In this document: positions 41,653 through 50,324 of the stretch, piece after piece
Layout: each line of letters starts with the position of its first letter
Position numbering within the stretch: position 1 is the stretch's first letter
Source of the DNA: Thermoanaerobaculia bacterium
GTDB taxonomy: Bacteria; Acidobacteriota; Thermoanaerobaculia; Multivoradales; UBA5704
NCBI GenBank assembly: GCA_044226625.1
Contig: JBGAGQ010000036.1
Location: forward strand, 1-60,784
Length of the DNA: 60,784 nt
Reading direction: 5' to 3'
Translations under genes and position numbers: made by a program
Notes under the pieces: model-generated
What the model was told of the DNA's origin: nothing
The model's database searches: none
The model's input: the letters and a program-made list of their open reading frames with translations, nothing else

Positions 41653-44600
41653 TTACTCCACCCGCAATACCTCCCCCGCCGAATACGCCACGAACTCGGG
41701 CGCGTACAGGCTCTGCAGCGTCGCCGGGCCGACTCGGAAGGTGCCGGCGACGTTCGCTCGGACGCGGTACTTCAGGGTGTATTCGCCAGCCGGGAGCCAT
41801 TCGAAGAAGAAGTTGGTGCCGGAGTCGCGGGTCTCTTCGTAGCGGATGAGCCCCAGATCCCAACGGTAGCCCGAGACGACGATTCCGGGCTCGAAACCCG
41901 CACCTCTCGGATCGCGGAGATGGACGTATTCGGCCGCGGCTCGGCTGCGAATCGAGAGCTGGACCTCGACCTCGTCGCCGACCGCGAGGACCGCGTTCTC
42001 GGCGAGCGGCTCGAGCGTCGTTTCTGCGCCGGTGCGGACGCGTTTCAAATATCGCCTCTCGACGTGGAACAGGTCGCCGCTCGCTTGTTTCGGCAGCTGA
42101 TCGGTCGCGAAGTGCCAAGTCGCCGAGGCGAACATGAGCCCCGGCGTCTCCTGCCGGATCTCGACCTTCGCGCCGACGGTCTTCGCCGCGGCGTCGACCT
42201 CCGGGCCGGGGACTACCAGCTGGTTGTGCTTGCCGGTGTAGCGGTCGGGCTCGAAGACGAACTCTGTCGATTTCCCAGCGACCGCGACACGAGCCGCCTC
42301 GCGCACGCCGAGCAGGTTCTCCTTCTTGAGATAGGCCGCGAGCGAGTAGAGAACCTCGGCGGTCGCCCTTGTGCTCTGCCAGTGGCCGAGCTTCTTCTGG
42401 AGGAAGATCCACTGGACGAGACCGGCGAGACGCGGATCGTCCGGGCGGAGCTCCAGCAGCGTCCGCAGGGCGAAGGCGTGAGTTTCAATTGTGTCGTTGT
42501 ACCAGAGCCAGGCACGATCCTCGGGCTGCCAGAAGGTCCCCTCGTCGCGAGTGGTCTTCGCCGTATCCATCACACTGTCCCAGACGAGATTCGCGTCGGC
42601 CTTCCGTCCCATCCGGTGCAGGGTGAGCGCGAGCAGACCCTTTAGATAGCCCGAGTGCTCGCGCCACTTCGAGAAGCTCCAGTCGGCGATCTTCGCGCGG
42701 TCGGCCGGGTCGAGCGCGCCGCCCATCCATGACGGATCGGGATAGGCCGAGGCGACGTAGTTGAGCAGCGTGAGCAGCTCGACGCAGCAGCCGTTCTTCT
42801 TCCCCACCTCTCGCGACCATTCCTCCCGGTAGCGGGCGCCGAGATAGCTCCATCCCCGCTCGACCATCTCGCGCGGGACCTCGACACCGAACTCACCCGC
42901 CTTGGCGAAGCCGTAGAGGAGGTAGATCGTCATGTAGTCCGACGGCGGGCCACCCGGCCACCAGGGGAAGGCCCCGCTGCCGAGCTGGGCCTTGCGCAGC
43001 TTCGAGAGGGAATCGTCGCGCTGCGCCTCGGCGATCTTCGGATCGAGCACCTTGAGCAGGGCGGGATCGCCCTCTCCCGGGATCTTGCCGCCACGCGCTG
43101 TTTCGAGCCACGGCGACTCTTCGAGGGCCATGCGCCGGTTCGGGTCGTCGGCGTTCCAGGCTTCGTACGGCGTCTCACGCTTCGCGAGCGAGGCGGACAT
43201 CTCCCCGACCGCCGGGTAGCGGTCGAACAGGCTGCGCAGGATGCCCGTCGAAAGGAACCGGTTGAGCGTCTGCTCGGTGCACTCGTACGGGTAGTCGATC
43301 AAGTAGGGAAGCGCGTCGAGCACGCCGTAGAAGAGCTGGCCGTCGAGCGTCACTACCAATTGCTCGGTGACGCGCGTCGGATCCTCCGGAGCTCCGGGCG
43401 CGAGATCGGCGAAAGCGAGGGTTCGAGCCCCGCTGCCGCGCAGCGCCGCGAAACGCGATTGCGCGAGATGGAGCCGAGAAGGCAGGACAGGCAGCGCGCG
43501 GCGCTCACCGTCCGAGGCCGCTCCGGCGCGAGCCGTCACCTCGAAGGCGACCTCACCCACCCGCTTGGGAACGACGATCGGGAAGGTGACCGTGGCGGAG
43601 CCTCCCGGCTGGATCGAGAAACGCGCGATCGCCTTCTCCGGGGTGAGTCCGAAGTCGGCGAGCCGGCTCTCCTCCGACTCCGGATCGCGGAGGTCGAAGC
43701 GGACCTCGCCCGAGAGCGAACTCTCCCCCGCGTCCTGAACCACCGCGCGGATCTCCGCGCGGTCCCCTTCGCGCAGAAAGCGCGGTAGGTAGGGGCGGAC
43801 CATCAGCTCCTTGGCGCTCCGCGTCTCGCGCTCGGCAGATCCCGAGCGGAAGTCGCGGGTGAGCGCGCGAACCCAAACCTTCCAGGCGGTGAGCGAGTCG
43901 GGGACCGTGAACTCGATCGCCGCCGAGCCGTCCGCGCCGGTGATCAGGTGCGGCTGCCAGAACGCGGTTTCGACGAAGTTCGTCCGCGGCACGACGGGCT
44001 CGGCTGCCGGCCCGGGCGCGGCTTCGCCCGGAGCGGGCGGAGCGGGGGGCGGGGGTGGCACGGACTGCGGCTTGGGTACCTCGAGAGCCGCATCCTCCGG
44101 TGCCTCCGCCGCGCGGCCGCCGGCACTCGGCGCCGCCATCGCGAAGCTCATGGACCTGCGAGTCATCAGGAAGGTCTCGAGCGATCGCAGTACGTCCCGT
44201 TGGAAGATCGGCCCGTCGGGCAGGACCACGAAATCCTCGTCCGACACCTGCCAGCCCGTGGTCGAACCGAGGCTGATTCGGGCGTCGTAACTCCCCCGCG
44301 CGCGGTCGGGGAAGAGGTCGAGCGGCGCCGGGGGCCGGTGCTCAACGAACGCGTCGAGGCTCCGGTCGTACATCGAGGCGAGCAGCTCCGCCGCGGCCAC
44401 CGGAGCGCCGGGCGAATCCCCTTCTTTCTTCCCGGGCTCCCGAACGGTCACCCGCCAGGTCTCGCGATCACCGGGGCGGATCCGATCGCGGAAGGTCGAG
44501 AGCTCCACCTCGACCTTCCGGTCGTCCCACGGCACCCGGATCGTCGCCTGGCGTTCGAGCGCCTGGTGGTCGCGCAAGGTGAACAGCCGGAACAGCACGC

Positions 44601-47600
44601 CGCCTCGATCGGCGGGCCCCACGGGCCAGGCGATCTTCGTCGGGGCGGGGCCGGCAATCAGCCGTCGGCGCTCGCGCAGCTGGCCGGATTGCCAGGTCTC
44701 GAGCACCAGCTCCTGGCCCGGAAAGCCGGAATGGACCACCAGGTTCGCCGTATCGCCGACCCGCAGATCGGCGCGCTCGACCGAGAGGAACGCCGCCAGG
44801 GCGAGCTGGCCCGTCTCCTTGCCCTGCCCCGGGTCGCCCGCGACGACGATCTCGCGTCGCGCCTCGGCTTTCTGGCCGAGGTCGTCCATCGTCTCGTAGC
44901 GCAATCGATAAGCGCCCGCGCCGAGCGCCGGCAGGGAGACCTCGGCGCGGCCGTCGGCACCGTGGACCGCTTCGCCCCGCGCCACCTCGCGGCCGTCTTC
45001 CCAGCCCGCGAGCGCGCGCTCGGAGCCGCCGTCCGCTTCCCAACGCGGCCGGAGCGCATCGCCTGGAGTAGTAAAAGCTCCTGGGGCCGCCGTGGGCGTT
45101 CCGGGCGCCTCCCGAATCGGCTCTTCGCTCGGTAGGAGCGGGTGCGTCGGCTGGATCAGCTCGACGAGGCGCCACGATCCCCGGCCCGGTCTCGGCGCGC
45201 CGTCGAGGTCGGAGCGGTCGATTCCGAGCCGAGCCGCGCGCCCGGCGGTGAGGAATCCGGGCTCGCCGTCGATCCTCGCCTCGACCGAGGTGAAGCCCAC
45301 GCGGTAGGCACGGTCGGCCTCGCGTGTCTCTCCCCCCTCGTCGGTCACCTCGACGCTCACGCGGAAGCGGTAGCTGAGATCGCGGGAATCGCCCTCTTCC
45401 GCCTCGGGCGTGAAGGTGAGGGAGAACGCGCCCGTGTCGTCGAGCGCCGACTCGCCCCAGGCGACCCGCTCGGCCTCGCTACCCCCGCCTCCCGGCGGAC
45501 GGAACCACCAGCCCCACCACCACGGATAGACCGGCTCGCGCGTCACCTGCCAGCGGGCGGAAGCTCCGACCACCGGCAGGCCGAACAGATACCGGGCGTT
45601 GCCGCCGAAGTTCGCCGGCCGATTCAAGCGCAACGCATCTCGCGGCGCGTCGAGGGTCACCTCGAACGTCGGCCGCTTGTACTCCTCGACGCGGATCGAG
45701 GCGTTTCCCCGCGGCTCGCCACCCACCGTGGAGGCCGCGAGGGTCCAAGCGCCGAGCGGCCGGCCGGCGGGGATGACGAATTCCGCCGCCGCGGTGCCGT
45801 ATTCGTTGGTTTTGACCGTCGTCGCGGCGGCCTCCTGACCGTTCGGGTCGGTCAGCGCGATCTTGAGCTCGGTGTCAGGCGCCAGATGGAGATCCCCCTT
45901 CTCGACGAACCCGCGCCAGGCGAGGACTTTCCACAGGACCTTCTGCCCCGGCCGATAGATCGCCCGGTCGGTGTAGAGGAGGGTCGAGGCGATCCCGACG
46001 GTCGGCTCCGGCGCGGAGACCCAGCCCAGGTCGAGATAGGCGAGCGAGGCGCCGCGCCGCGCGGCTACGGTGAAGCGTCGCGAAAGGGACGAATCGTTGC
46101 CGCTCTCCGGACCGGCGGCCTCGGAGTACCGGACCGTTCCATCGGCACCCGAGGTCGCGACCGCCACCCGCGTGCCGCCGTCGTCGTAGCTCATCCGATA
46201 CAGGCGGACCTCGACCCCCGGCACCGCGCGGCCGGTCTCGCCGTCCAGCGCGAGGACCACGAGCTCGCCGTGATCCGTACCGCGGCTCGCGAGGACCAGG
46301 CCGCCGATCAGCATGCGGAGCGAAACGCGCCTGTTGTGGGCCCGGCGAAAATCCTCGCGGGCCGAGACCAGCACGGCGTACAGACCTGGCTGCGCCAACG
46401 GCGGCTCGACGTAGGTCGAGTGGACGCGGTAGTCCGGCGTCGTCGGCAGCTCGACGCGCCAGCTCGCCGCGGGCTTCCGGCCGGCCAGCGTCTCGAACGG
46501 ATCGGAGTAGTCGGAGAGCGGGAGCTTGCCGCCACGCTCGAAAAAGCCCGCGAGATCGAGCGGATAGGCGCGGAAATAGAGCGCCGGCAGGTTCGCATGG
46601 CGAACCCGGATCGAGCGACGGCCGGGCGCGTCGCTCGCCATCGCCTCGACTGCGAGGCTGGGCGCCTCGATCTCCCGCGCGATCCGGCGGCACGCGGCGC
46701 CGCCGGGCGAGCCGGGATAGGCCTCGACGCCCTCGAGTGCGATCTTGCGTGCCTCGACCAGGGCATCCGGCCGATCGAAGGCGTCCTGCTCCCGCGTCCA
46801 ATCGGCGAGCTGCGCCATCCCCATCGCCCACCACGAGATCTGGCGATACCGAGGGAGCCGCGCCGCGAGGTCCTCCCGGACCCGCGCCCGATCGGCTTTC
46901 GAGCTCCAGGCGGCGTTGAGGCGACGAAGCCTCTCGAGCCGCGCCTCGAGCTCCGCCGCCGGTCGAGCGGAGGCACGATGCCAGGCCTCGAGATCGGCGA
47001 GCACGAAGGCGAGCTTCGCGAGCGGATGGGTGGCCGGGTCGGCGATCGCGCCCGAGGACGGAGAGTCAGCGAGCAGCTCCGTCCGGTCGAGCCGCCAGAC
47101 ACCGTTCGACTGCGCGGGCGACCAGAGCGAGCCGTCCGCGAGCAGCTCGACGAAGAGATAGGAAACCGCGTCGCGCAACGTGCCGCGCACCTCCGCCGGG
47201 TAGTCGTTCGGCGTGAGGAAATCCGACCACTCGGAGACCTTGCGCGTGCCGAGCGCCTCGCGCAGATCCCAAGCTCGCGCGTACGCCGCCACTGCCTCGG
47301 CGGCGATCTGATCGCGGGTCCAAGCCTTCAGATCGACCGTCTCGGTGCCGACCGTCTTCTCGCGGTTTTGAATCTCCCAACGGTAGGCGCGGAGGTAGTT
47401 GACCAGAGCCGCGCCGTAATAGAGGTCGAGGATCGCCCGCTCCTCCCGCGCCTGCGGCCAGGTCTGCTCGCGCAAGAATCGGACCGCCGTCTCGAACCCC
47501 GCGAGGTTCGTCCGCAGCTCGACGGCTTTGACCAGAGCCCGCGTCAGCATGCGCTCGTCCTTTGCCGCGCGGGCCTTCTCGATCAGCGCGACGGCGCGGT

Positions 47601-47784
47601 CGTACGCGGTCTGCATCTTCTGCTCCTCATGGGCCAAACGGTCGATCTCAGCGAGTTCCACGCTCAAGGACGGGCGCTTCGCCGGCCGTTTCTTCGCCGC
47701 GAGGGAGGCGTTCGGCGCGCAGAAGGCGAAGACCAGACCAAGGACGAGACCGATGCGGACGACGGAGACCGGGCGCGATTTCAT
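41653..47784 (-). CDS. Bacterial alpha-2-macroglobulin family protein
   Basis: 2043 aa, signal peptide, YTDRAIYRPGQ, VEEYKRPTF, RTNFVETAFWQP, thioester motif YPYECTEQ, C-terminal MG10 domain. Confidence 0.93.
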   Translation of the reverse strand: MKSRPVSVVRIGLVLGLVFAFCAPNASLAAKKRPAKRPSLSVELAEIDRLAHEEQKMQTAYDRAVALIEKARAAKDERMLTRALVKAVELRTNLAGFETAVRFLREQTWPQAREERAILDLYYGAALVNYLRAYRWEIQNREKTVGTETVDLKAWTRDQIAAEAVAAYARAWDLREALGTRKVSEWSDFLTPNDYPAEVRGTLRDAVSYLFVELLADGSLWSPAQSNGVWRLDRTELLADSPSSGAIADPATHPLAKLAFVLADLEAWHRASARPAAELEARLERLRRLNAAWSSKADRARVREDLAARLPRYRQISWWAMGMAQLADWTREQDAFDRPDALVEARKIALEGVEAYPGSPGGAACRRIAREIEAPSLAVEAMASDAPGRRSIRVRHANLPALYFRAYPLDLAGFFERGGKLPLSDYSDPFETLAGRKPAASWRVELPTTPDYRVHSTYVEPPLAQPGLYAVLVSAREDFRRAHNRRVSLRMLIGGLVLASRGTDHGELVVLALDGETGRAVPGVEVRLYRMSYDDGGTRVAVATSGADGTVRYSEAAGPESGNDSSLSRRFTVAARRGASLAYLDLGWVSAPEPTVGIASTLLYTDRAIYRPGQKVLWKVLAWRGFVEKGDLHLAPDTELKIALTDPNGQEAAATTVKTNEYGTAAAEFVIPAGRPLGAWTLAASTVGGEPRGNASIRVEEYKRPTFEVTLDAPRDALRLNRPANFGGNARYLFGLPVVGASARWQVTREPVYPWWWGWWFRPPGGGGSEAERVAWGESALDDTGAFSLTFTPEAEEGDSRDLSYRFRVSVEVTDEGGETREADRAYRVGFTSVEARIDGEPGFLTAGRAARLGIDRSDLDGAPRPGRGSWRLVELIQPTHPLLPSEEPIREAPGTPTAAPGAFTTPGDALRPRWEADGGSERALAGWEDGREVARGEAVHGADGRAEVSLPALGAGAYRLRYETMDDLGQKAEARREIVVAGDPGQGKETGQLALAAFLSVERADLRVGDTANLVVHSGFPGQELVLETWQSGQLRERRRLIAGPAPTKIAWPVGPADRGGVLFRLFTLRDHQALERQATIRVPWDDRKVEVELSTFRDRIRPGDRETWRVTVREPGKKEGDSPGAPVAAAELLASMYDRSLDAFVEHRPPAPLDLFPDRARGSYDARISLGSTTGWQVSDEDFVVLPDGPIFQRDVLRSLETFLMTRRSMSFAMAAPSAGGRAAEAPEDAALEVPKPQSVPPPPPAPPAPGEAAPGPAAEPVVPRTNFVETAFWQPHLITGADGSAAIEFTVPDSLTAWKVWVRALTRDFRSGSAERETRSAKELMVRPYLPRFLREGDRAEIRAVVQDAGESSLSGEVRFDLRDPESEESRLADFGLTPEKAIARFSIQPGGSATVTFPIVVPKRVGEVAFEVTARAGAASDGERRALPVLPSRLHLAQSRFAALRGSGARTLAFADLAPGAPEDPTRVTEQLVVTLDGQLFYGVLDALPYLIDYPYECTEQTLNRFLSTGILRSLFDRYPAVGEMSASLAKRETPYEAWNADDPNRRMALEESPWLETARGGKIPGEGDPALLKVLDPKIAEAQRDDSLSKLRKAQLGSGAFPWWPGGPPSDYMTIYLLYGFAKAGEFGVEVPREMVERGWSYLGARYREEWSREVGKKNGCCVELLTLLNYVASAYPDPSWMGGALDPADRAKIADWSFSKWREHSGYLKGLLALTLHRMGRKADANLVWDSVMDTAKTTRDEGTFWQPEDRAWLWYNDTIETHAFALRTLLELRPDDPRLAGLVQWIFLQKKLGHWQSTRATAEVLYSLAAYLKKENLLGVREAARVAVAGKSTEFVFEPDRYTGKHNQLVVPGPEVDAAAKTVGAKVEIRQETPGLMFASATWHFATDQLPKQASGDLFHVERRYLKRVRTGAETTLEPLAENAVLAVGDEVEVQLSIRSRAAAEYVHLRDPRGAGFEPGIVVSGYRWDLGLIRYEETRDSGTNFFFEWLPAGEYTLKYRVRANVAGTFRVGPATLQSLYAPEFVAYSAGEVLRVE

Positions 47785-47891
47785 GATCGAAGCTTAGATC
47801 ATGCGGCGAGCCGGAGGTTCCTGGTCGAGGGTGCCGCCCCAAGGGAGGCTCGGCCGCGGCGGACCCTCGGATCAACGGTTCGTCTTAGGAG

Positions 47892-48071
47892 CTACGGACA
47901 GCACTGAGAGAGCCGGGTCGGATCGCAGGAGGTGATGTTGGTGCACTCGACGTCCAGAGTGTTGCAGGTGGCGGCCCTCGTCGCCCCTGCGGCCACTCCG
48001 GTCAGATCGCGATCCGCGAGTCTGCGGACCGTTTCGCGGGACAGCGTGAGCTTGCGGTGGCGCTTTACCAT
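47892..48071 (-). CDS. Putative RiPP precursor peptide 2 (59 aa)
   Basis: RBS AAGGAG; MVKRHRKLTLSRETVRRLADRDLTGVAAGA-TRAATCNTLDVECTNITSCDPTRLSQCCP. Confidence 0.88.
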   Translation of the reverse strand: MVKRHRKLTLSRETVRRLADRDLTGVAAGATRAATCNTLDVECTNITSCDPTRLSQCCP

Positions 48072-48143
48072 GGCTTTTCTCCTTTTCGGAATTGCCGCGC
48101 CGGGCCTCCGAAATTCATGGTGCGCACGCGTCGGAGTGACGCG

Positions 48144-48359
48144 CCTCCCACGCAAGAGGGGGAGGCTAGAAGGGGGTTGATTCAAGGAGGGTTGCTCTCA
48201 AGCCTCCATCGTCTGCTCAAAGCGGTAGACCCCCACCTCGGTCCTCCCCCGCAAGCGGGGGAGGAAGAACTGCAAGCTTTGCGGTAGACACATCGAGCGC
48301 CTGGCCGGGCAAGCGCTCAATCCCTCCCCCCGCCTGCGGGGGGAGGCTAGGAGGGGGGT
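48144..48359. repeat. Cluster of three REP-like GC palindromes
   Basis: CCTCCCACGCAAGAGGGGGAGG, CCTCCCCCGCAAGCGGGGGAGG and CCTCCCCCCGCCTGCGGGGGGAGG with a shared tail CTAG(A/G)AGGGGGTTG; the middle copy is inverted. Confidence 0.8.
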
Positions 48360-48397
48360 TGTTGAAGCATCAGGGAGGCTGGAGCCGTACCCCCGCC

Positions 48398-48781
48398 TCA
48401 TCCGTCGTGCGATCGCACCCCACGGGCCATGAGCCCGAGGCCGCCGAACAGGAGCACGAGCATCAGCAGCGTATTGAACAGGCTCGTCCGCTCGAAGTAG
48501 ATCTCCAGGTGGGTGAGAATGCCGGCCAGGATGATCACCGAGCCGGCGACCAGCAAGAGCCATCCGATGACCGAGCGGCCGTTCCAGAAGAGGAGGCCGA
48601 CGCCGATGAGCATCGGGATCAGCGAAAGGCCGAACGCGCTCCGCCCCCAAAGCACCCAGGCGCCGCTCGTGACCGTCACCTGGTTGGTCAGCAGGTAGCC
48701 CCCGGCGACCGCCATCACCAAACCGATCAGGAACTCCCCCATCCCGCCGGGAGTGCCCCCGGGGCCTCGGCGTTCGGCCAT
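48398..48781 (-). CDS. Small four-TM membrane protein
   Basis: GGTPGG..EFLIG N-terminus followed by four hydrophobic helices. Confidence 0.8.
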   Translation of the reverse strand: MAERRGPGGTPGGMGEFLIGLVMAVAGGYLLTNQVTVTSGAWVLWGRSAFGLSLIPMLIGVGLLFWNGRSVIGWLLLVAGSVIILAGILTHLEIYFERTSLFNTLLMLVLLFGGLGLMARGVRSHDG

Positions 48782-48796
48782 GTCCCTACGATCGCC

Positions 48797-49294
48797 TCAG
48801 TCGAGCTGGCCCGATTTCGCGATGACGATCCGCTTGCTCGTCCGGCCGTCCTGGCTGCCGTAGGACTCGACCTTCTTCACCACGTCCATCCCTTCGGTGA
48901 CCTTCCCGAAGACGACGTGCTTGCCGTCGAGCCAGGCGGTCTGGATGGTGGTGAGGAAGAACTGCGAGCCGTTGGTGTTCGGACCGGCGTTTGCCATCGA
49001 GAGGATGCCCGGCCCGGTGTGCTTGAGCTGGAAGTTCTCGTCCGCGAACTTGGCGCCGTAGATCGATTTGCCGCCGGTGCCGTTGTGGTTCGTGAAGTCG
49101 CCACCCTGGCACATGAAGTTCGGGATGACGCGGTGGAAGGTGCTGCCCTGATAACCGAAGCCCGGCTCGCCGGTGCAGAGAGCGCGGAAGTTTTCGGCGG
49201 TCTTCGGAACGACGTCGGCCGCCAGTTCCATGACGATGCGGCCCAGAGGCGCGCCGTCGGCTTCTATGTCGAAGAAAACGCGTGGATTGCTCAT
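48797..49294 (-). CDS. Cyclophilin-type peptidyl-prolyl cis-trans isomerase
   Basis: [41 protein letters not shown]; starts at MSNPRVFFD. Confidence 0.96.
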   Translation of the reverse strand: MSNPRVFFDIEADGAPLGRIVMELAADVVPKTAENFRALCTGEPGFGYQGSTFHRVIPNFMCQGGDFTNHNGTGGKSIYGAKFADENFQLKHTGPGILSMANAGPNTNGSQFFLTTIQTAWLDGKHVVFGKVTEGMDVVKKVESYGSQDGRTSKRIVIAKSGQLD

Positions 49295-49314
49295 GGCGCG
49301 GGAGAGTACCACCC

Positions 49315-50280
49315 TCACTCCCGGGCTCGCCACCATGCTTCCGCCTCGGCCATCCCCTGCTCGTAGGTGCGGACAGGCGAATATCCCAGCTCGCGGCGAA
49401 TCCGTTCGTTCGAACAGCGCTCGGCGAACGTGCACGAGGGAGGAGCCTCGACGACCGGGGCGGGCAGGGCGTCGGGAAACCAGCTCCGCACCTGCTCGAC
49501 GTAACGCCGCATCGTGACGTGGCCGTCGACCACGTTGTAGGCGCGGCCGATGGCTTCCGGGTGATCGACCGCGAGGTCCACCGCCAAGGCGACGTTCTCG
49601 ACATGTGTCCAGGGGAGCGGACCGAGGCCGCCTCCGACCAACGGAACCTTGCCCGCGCGGATCGACGACGGAACCTTGACCGCCCAGTACGAGCCGGGAT
49701 GGACGCCGAGCACGGCGCCGAGCCGGAAGGTCGTCGCCGGCAGCCCGGCGGCGATCTCCTGCTCGAGCGCCCGCTCGGCTTCCGCCTTGGAGATACCGTA
49801 CCAGGGGGTCGCCGCGGGAGAGTGAGGAAAGGCCCGATTCTCCGCTTTGAGCGGCGTCGTCTCGTCGAACTCGGCCTGGAGCCCCAAATCCGGCTGACCC
49901 TCGCGCGCCGCCCGGGCGGCCTCCCAGTCGTAGACCGAGATCGTCGAGACGTGGAGGAATCGCCGGCAGCCGGCCGCGCGGGCCGCCGCGGCCATCTCGG
50001 CCGTGCCGCGGGCGTTGACCCGTCGGGCATCCTCCGCATCACCGCCGATCGAGGCTGCGGCGTGGATCACGATCTCCTGGCCCTCGCAGGCCCGGCTCGC
50101 CGTTTCGGGCTCGACGAAATCCCCCTGCACCTTCTCGACCTCGGCAAGCCAGGGGAAATCGTCGAGGCGCCGAACGATCGTGCGGACGCGGGCGCCGGCC
50201 TGAGCCAACCGTTCCGCGATCCGCCCACCGACGAAACCGGTACCCCCGGTGATGAGAACGGCCCGATCTTTCCAGCTCAT
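49315..50280 (-). CDS. NAD-dependent epimerase/dehydratase (extended SDR)
   Basis: [13 protein letters not shown] (YxxxK). Confidence 0.9.
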   Translation of the reverse strand: MSWKDRAVLITGGTGFVGGRIAERLAQAGARVRTIVRRLDDFPWLAEVEKVQGDFVEPETASRACEGQEIVIHAAASIGGDAEDARRVNARGTAEMAAAARAAGCRRFLHVSTISVYDWEAARAAREGQPDLGLQAEFDETTPLKAENRAFPHSPAATPWYGISKAEAERALEQEIAAGLPATTFRLGAVLGVHPGSYWAVKVPSSIRAGKVPLVGGGLGPLPWTHVENVALAVDLAVDHPEAIGRAYNVVDGHVTMRRYVEQVRSWFPDALPAPVVEAPPSCTFAERCSNERIRRELGYSPVRTYEQGMAEAEAWWRARE

Positions 50281-50324
50281 CGGTCGATCCTACCTTGGAG
50301 CTCTCCGTTCAAAGGCCGACTCGG

